In this document: positions 60,157-64,000 of the stretch, piece by piece
Numbering within the stretch: position 1 is the stretch's first letter
Layout of the letters: each line of letters opens with the position of its first letter
DNA from: an uncultured bacterium
GTDB lineage: Bacteria > Bacteroidota > Bacteroidia > Bacteroidales > CAIXTV01
DNA length: 64,000 nucleotides
Assembly: GCA_903922465.1 (NCBI GenBank)
Contig: CAIXTV010000078.1
Span: forward strand, 3,624 to 67,623
Direction of reading: 5' to 3'
Notes under the pieces: generated by a model
Database searches by the model: none
The model's input: the letters and a program-made list of their open reading frames with translations, nothing else
Told to the model about the DNA's origin: nothing
Position numbers and translations under genes: made by a program

Positions 60157-60450
60157 ACAGTATACAGTAATTGTTTTTCTGTCGACTGTATTTCAATTAC
60201 GGTATACGGTAATTGTTTTTCAGTTGACCGTATTTCAATTACGGTATACGGTAATTGTTTTTCAGTTGACTGTATTTCAATTACGGTAAACGGTAAAAGT
60301 TTTTCGGTCGACTGTATTTCAATTACAGTAAACGGTAATTGTTTTTCGGTCGACTGTATTTCAATTACGGTAAACGGTAAAAGTTTTTCGGTCGACTTAA
60401 TTTCAATTACGGTAAACGGTAAAAGTTTTTCGGTCGACTGTAATTCTGTA
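60157..60450. repeat. Tandem array C: 7 copies of a 42-bp unit (ACGGTAWACGGTAAWWGTTTTTCRGTYGACTGTATTTCAATT)
   Basis: Read directly with an exact 42-bp register over 294 bp. Two unit variants (TACGGTAATTG...CAGTTGAC and AACGGTAAAAG...CGGTCGAC) are intermixed. Confidence 0.95.
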
Positions 60451-60658
60451 AAGTTAATGAAAAAAACATCATTTCTCCAATATAAAAGATATATATTGCT
60501 CTAAAAAAGTTGCATAATGTCTTAAATATATGGAAAATGTGATAAACTCAGGCAAAGGAGCAAGCGAGCTGTAGGTTTCACCAATAAAAGCCTAATAGTC
60601 TACAAGTTCATCTCCCCCCCTCTGTCTTAACTTCAACTTAAGACACTCTAAATACCCC

Positions 60659-60711
60659 AGGCACTCTAGGCACTCTAGGCACTTTAGGCACTCCAAGTAC
60701 TCTAGGCACTT
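60659..60711. repeat. 9-bp tandem repeat (AGGCACTCT) of about 6 copies, abutting the stop codon of the minus-strand gene
   Basis: Read directly: AGGCACTCT AGGCACTCT AGGCACTTT AGGCACTCC AAGTACTCT AGGCACTT. Confidence 0.9.
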
Positions 60712-62863
60712 ATCTTATCAAACTTAACGAGCCCGTTTTCTTATAAGCATTTCCAAGGAAATCTTTATAGCTAAGGGCGTATATATAAGTGCCCTGTTCG
60801 GCATCTTTATTCTGATATTGCCCATTCCAGCCAATATCGATGTTGTTGGAAGTGAAGATAAGCTGCCCCCAACGGTCGTAAATACACATTTGAAAATCGA
60901 GCACCCCTTCGCCATAAGCCTTGAAAATACTGTTCAGGTTTTGGTATTCTGGAGTAAAGGCATTGGGGATATATAGTTTAATGTCGGGATACACCACCAC
61001 GGTGATGCTGGTCGAATCGGTGCAACCATCGGCATTGCTCACAAAGAGGGTAACCAAATAATTTTGTGCCGTTGAACTGCTATAGGTATGGTAGAAATCG
61101 TTGGTGTTGGCAGAAGAACCATCACCCAAGTTCCATACCCACGAGGCACCTCCCACCGAAACCGCAGTGAAATGAACAGTGGCGTCGAATATGGAAACCG
61201 GATTAGGATTGGCAACAATCGACGGATTTATCAAAGGATACACCATCACCTGAACCGAATCGGTGGCCTTGCAGCCATGACTATCGTTGCCCGTTACACT
61301 ATAGAGTGTGCTGGCCTGTGGACTTACCAAAGGATTCGCCAAGGTGGTTTGCGTGGCTAAGCTTGGGTCCGAAATGTTTGATGTCCAAATATAGTTGAGG
61401 GCTCCTGCAACATTTAGTTGAACCGATTGCCCCAAACAAATGGGATTGGGAGTTGCCGTAAGGCTTAAAGATATTGAAGGAAACACACTAATCAAAACCG
61501 AATCTTTGGCAATCTGATTGCAGGCGTCTCTTAAACTAATTACGTACAAGCTTGTTGTTGTTGGGCTCACCACACGTTGGGTGTTGGTGTCACCATCGTT
61601 CCAACTGAACTGATAAGGCAATATGCCACCACTCCCATTGGCCGTTAGCGAAACACTACTCAATCCACATATAGTGGTGTCGCTATTTGCATTGACCACA
61701 AGCGGAAGATTGGGCAATATGCCAATGGTAAGAGTGTCGAAGTTACAGGCAGAAGTCTTGATGAGCAATTGAATATATTTAATAGTCGTAAAAGTCGCAT
61801 TGTTATAAGGCGAAATCGTAAACATAAGCGAATCGGTGTTCGCGGGTATAAAAATGGTATCAGGAATGCTGGGATAGTCAAGCCCATTTACGGCGCTTCC
61901 TTGTTTGATGATTTGAACCGGATAGTTGTAATTGTAATGAGCAGGTAAGGTGAGCTTCACAATAGCATCGTTGCATCCTCTAATCATAACAGTGTCGGAA
62001 AGCGCAGGCATGGTGAAAGAATGACTCACCACTATCTGAGGACTGCTAAAGCTATTGGCTTCGAGAAACACCCCCGAATCGTATATGGCATTCGAAATGT
62101 CACATATGGCTATTTTAATATGATAGCTTGTGCAAGGAACCACCTTTGCCCATGCGGTTAGAGGAACAGTAGCACCCGTATAAGTTAAATTTTGTATGAA
62201 GGTATGATAATATTGTGTGTAGTTGAGGTAGCAAGGAGTGGTGCTTCCCATAGAAACTCCCCCATTAACAGTATTAATGCTTACAGGCAAATTGGTTCCG
62301 GGAATTAAGGCAATATTGGTGTTCGAATAATTTCCACCTGCTGGATTAGCTCCCGAAATAAAGAAACCAAAAACATCATCATAAGAGGTGCAAACGGCCG
62401 TAAGGTATTCGTTAGATGCAAATACATATTTAAACTTAACGGTATCGGAACTGGGAATAAAATCAAACTCTAAGCGAGCAATATCGTGGAGCGATTTCCC
62501 GGGTTTCAAGGCTTGCAATTGAGGGTCGGTGGTGATTTGAGCCCCATTAATAACAACACTAAGTGCACCATTTGTTGCAACCTGTATCCCTCCTGTTGAA
62601 ATGGTTAATCCGGTTCCAAAACCCAAATTGGTAGGTGTGGCGCCAGTTGTAAAAGAACCTATTTGATTGGATATACTGATGGTAGCGGGCGAATCGTTAA
62701 ACTTTACATTACTCACTGTCACCCCATTCCCAAGCAAAAAGTTTTGAACAAGCTGCATGGGAGTCATACCAATGCCAGAGGCTGTTGCCAATTGCGCATA
62801 CGACGGCAGACAAACAACCGAAAGTAACAAACTTAAAACAATGATATATCCCTTGGAAAACAT
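60710..62863 (-). CDS. Secreted choice-of-anchor-L / Ig-like / PKD protein with gliding-motility-associated (T9SS type B) C-terminal domain
   Basis: Signal peptide. N-terminal MTPMQLVQNFLLGNGVTVSNVKF...GLTISTGG resembles choice-of-anchor L. A PKD motif (WVWNLGDGSS) is present. The C-terminus is YIPNAFTPEYQNLNSIFKAYG...YDRWGQLIFTS...GTYIYALSY. Confidence 0.8.
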   Translation of the reverse strand: MFSKGYIIVLSLLLSVVCLPSYAQLATASGIGMTPMQLVQNFLLGNGVTVSNVKFNDSPATISISNQIGSFTTGATPTNLGFGTGLTISTGGIQVATNGALSVVINGAQITTDPQLQALKPGKSLHDIARLEFDFIPSSDTVKFKYVFASNEYLTAVCTSYDDVFGFFISGANPAGGNYSNTNIALIPGTNLPVSINTVNGGVSMGSTTPCYLNYTQYYHTFIQNLTYTGATVPLTAWAKVVPCTSYHIKIAICDISNAIYDSGVFLEANSFSSPQIVVSHSFTMPALSDTVMIRGCNDAIVKLTLPAHYNYNYPVQIIKQGSAVNGLDYPSIPDTIFIPANTDSLMFTISPYNNATFTTIKYIQLLIKTSACNFDTLTIGILPNLPLVVNANSDTTICGLSSVSLTANGSGGILPYQFSWNDGDTNTQRVVSPTTTSLYVISLRDACNQIAKDSVLISVFPSISLSLTATPNPICLGQSVQLNVAGALNYIWTSNISDPSLATQTTLANPLVSPQASTLYSVTGNDSHGCKATDSVQVMVYPLINPSIVANPNPVSIFDATVHFTAVSVGGASWVWNLGDGSSANTNDFYHTYSSSTAQNYLVTLFVSNADGCTDSTSITVVVYPDIKLYIPNAFTPEYQNLNSIFKAYGEGVLDFQMCIYDRWGQLIFTSNNIDIGWNGQYQNKDAEQGTYIYALSYKDFLGNAYKKTGSLSLIR

Positions 62864-63016
62864 TAAAACTTAGTTATTGTATTAAAGAAACAAGATGCTT
62901 CCTTTTAAGCTGCAAAATTACAACATTTTCCTCACTTACTAATTGAACTAACATTAATTATATATTAAGCTCCCCTCTGCAAGACTTAATTATAAAAACA
63001 CAGCTTATTTAAAGCA

Positions 63017-63046
63017 GAAAAGGCTGCCCTCATCGGGCAGCCTTTT
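63017..63046 (-). terminator. Intrinsic terminator after the pyrophosphatase gene
   Basis: 12-bp stem AAAAGGCTGCCC/GGGCAGCCTTTT with a T-rich tail on the minus strand. Confidence 0.7.
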
Positions 63047-63065
63047 CTACATATTATACTGGATA

Positions 63066-64000
63066 TTATTTGTTGATTCTCATCTTATAAAATGAGCGAT
63101 AAACAAAATATAAAGCAACTGCAAGGAAAGCAAAACCTACATAATGAGCAATAGGTCTAAACTCTACAGAAATTGCAATTTCCATTGCTAATAAACCAAA
63201 TAAAGTGGTGAACTTAATAATAGGGTTTAATGCTACAGAAGAAGTATCTTTAAAAGGATCACCAACGGTATCGCCAACAACAGCAGCAGCATGTAAATCG
63301 GTTCCTTTTTCTTTCATATCCACTTCAATCACTTTCTTAGCATTATCCCAAGCACCACCAGCATTTGCCATAAAGATAGCCTGATATAATCCGAAGAATG
63401 CAATAGAAATAAGATAACTAACAAATAAAGAAACAGGAGCAGCAGCTTTTAGTTTTTCCTCAGGTGACATCGATTCGGTTAAACCTACAGGAGAAGCAAG
63501 AAAGGCAAAAGCTAAAGCAAAGGAGAAAATAGCAATAAAGATATTTAACATCCCTTTTTGTGCGTATTGAGTACAGATTTTTACAACTGCTCTCGATTTT
63601 TCAACATCAGCTTTTTTAGGAGCATTAGGGTCAAGGTTAATATGTTCTTTTATATAAGCAACTGCACGGCTTGCACCAGTAGAAACTGCCTGAATTGAAG
63701 CACCAGAGAACCAATATACCACTGCGCCACCTAAAAGAAAACCAAAAATTGAATAAGGATTTAAAAGGTTTAACACCATTTCAGGTTGAATTCCTAATGA
63801 ATGTTGAATAACTAGAATCAATGAGAAAATCATAGTCGTTGCACCAACAACAGCAGTTCCAATTAACACTGGTTTTGCAGTAGCTTTAAAGGTATTACCG
63901 GCACCATCGTTTGCCTCAAGATAATGTTTTGATTTTTCGAAATCAGGTTTGAAACCAAAGTCTTTTTCAATTTCAGCGCTAATATTAGGAAGTTCTTCAA
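63066..64000 (-). CDS. hppA: Membrane-bound proton/sodium-translocating pyrophosphatase (C-terminal part; gene continues past window end)
   Basis: GDTVGDPFKDTSSVALNPIIKF and GGAWDNAKK motifs, multi-TM. The frame stays open upstream of the track start (..AGNTFKATAKPVLIGTAVVG) to position 64000. Confidence 0.9.
   Translation of the reverse strand, partial: EELPNISAEIEKDFGFKPDFEKSKHYLEANDGAGNTFKATAKPVLIGTAVVGATTMIFSLILVIQHSLGIQPEMVLNLLNPYSIFGFLLGGAVVYWFSGASIQAVSTGASRAVAYIKEHINLDPNAPKKADVEKSRAVVKICTQYAQKGMLNIFIAIFSFALAFAFLASPVGLTESMSPEEKLKAAAPVSLFVSYLISIAFFGLYQAIFMANAGGAWDNAKKVIEVDMKEKGTDLHAAAVVGDTVGDPFKDTSSVALNPIIKFTTLFGLLAMEIAISVEFRPIAHYVGFAFLAVALYFVYRSFYKMRINK

Noticed and set aside
60073-60504. 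Track ORF encoding NCFSVDCISITVYG repeats
   Set aside because: It is coincident with tandem array C and has no recognisable protein family, so it is probably an artefact of a period divisible by three. This is not fully excluded.
1-64000. Mobile element, prophage or genomic island boundaries
   Set aside because: No integrase, transposase, relaxase or phage structural gene was recognised. The single tRNA-Cys is not flanked by a direct repeat or foreign-looking genes. The many short antisense track ORFs inside long genes (for example 298..765, 11369..11872, 14609..15013, 23123..23512) are treated as shadow ORFs.

Overview
AT-rich chromosomal segment that looks Bacteroidota-derived. Seven predicted proteins carry type IX secretion (T9SS) C-terminal sorting domains, several genes have TAnnTTTG -7 promoter boxes, and the core metabolism is anaerobe-like (PFOR, split transketolase, membrane pyrophosphatase). 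About 40 protein genes and one tRNA-Cys are supported. Most are housekeeping: tyrS, folB, glnS, a malate/oxaloacetate-node block (maeB, aminotransferase, pckA, gltA, mdh), nifJ and mutY. I recognised no integrase, transposase, CRISPR array or classical defence gene. Five things are worth a second look. (1) An archaeal-type gatE-gatD pair sits directly downstream of glnS, which looks redundant. (2) An ECF-sigma-headed, tightly packed eight-gene unit encodes five T9SS-secreted enzymes: two metallophosphoesterases, a cysteine-less FGE-like/DUF1566 protein and two arylsulfotransferase-like propellers. It faces a second sigma/anti-sigma/LTXXQ-like triad. (3) Four mutually unrelated intergenic tandem arrays all have a 21 or 42 bp period, most lie between convergent genes and outside terminators, and two sit next to orphan hypothetical genes. 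Shorter 7-mer and 9-mer arrays also occur. (4) A 2586-aa protein with about 29 PKD repeats lies behind an orphan receiver-only response regulator. (5) A VWA gene is wedged between the two transketolase halves, and a DHOD-like protein lacking the catalytic Cys motif sits beside PFOR. All calls rest on reading the translations and sequence by eye; no searches were run.
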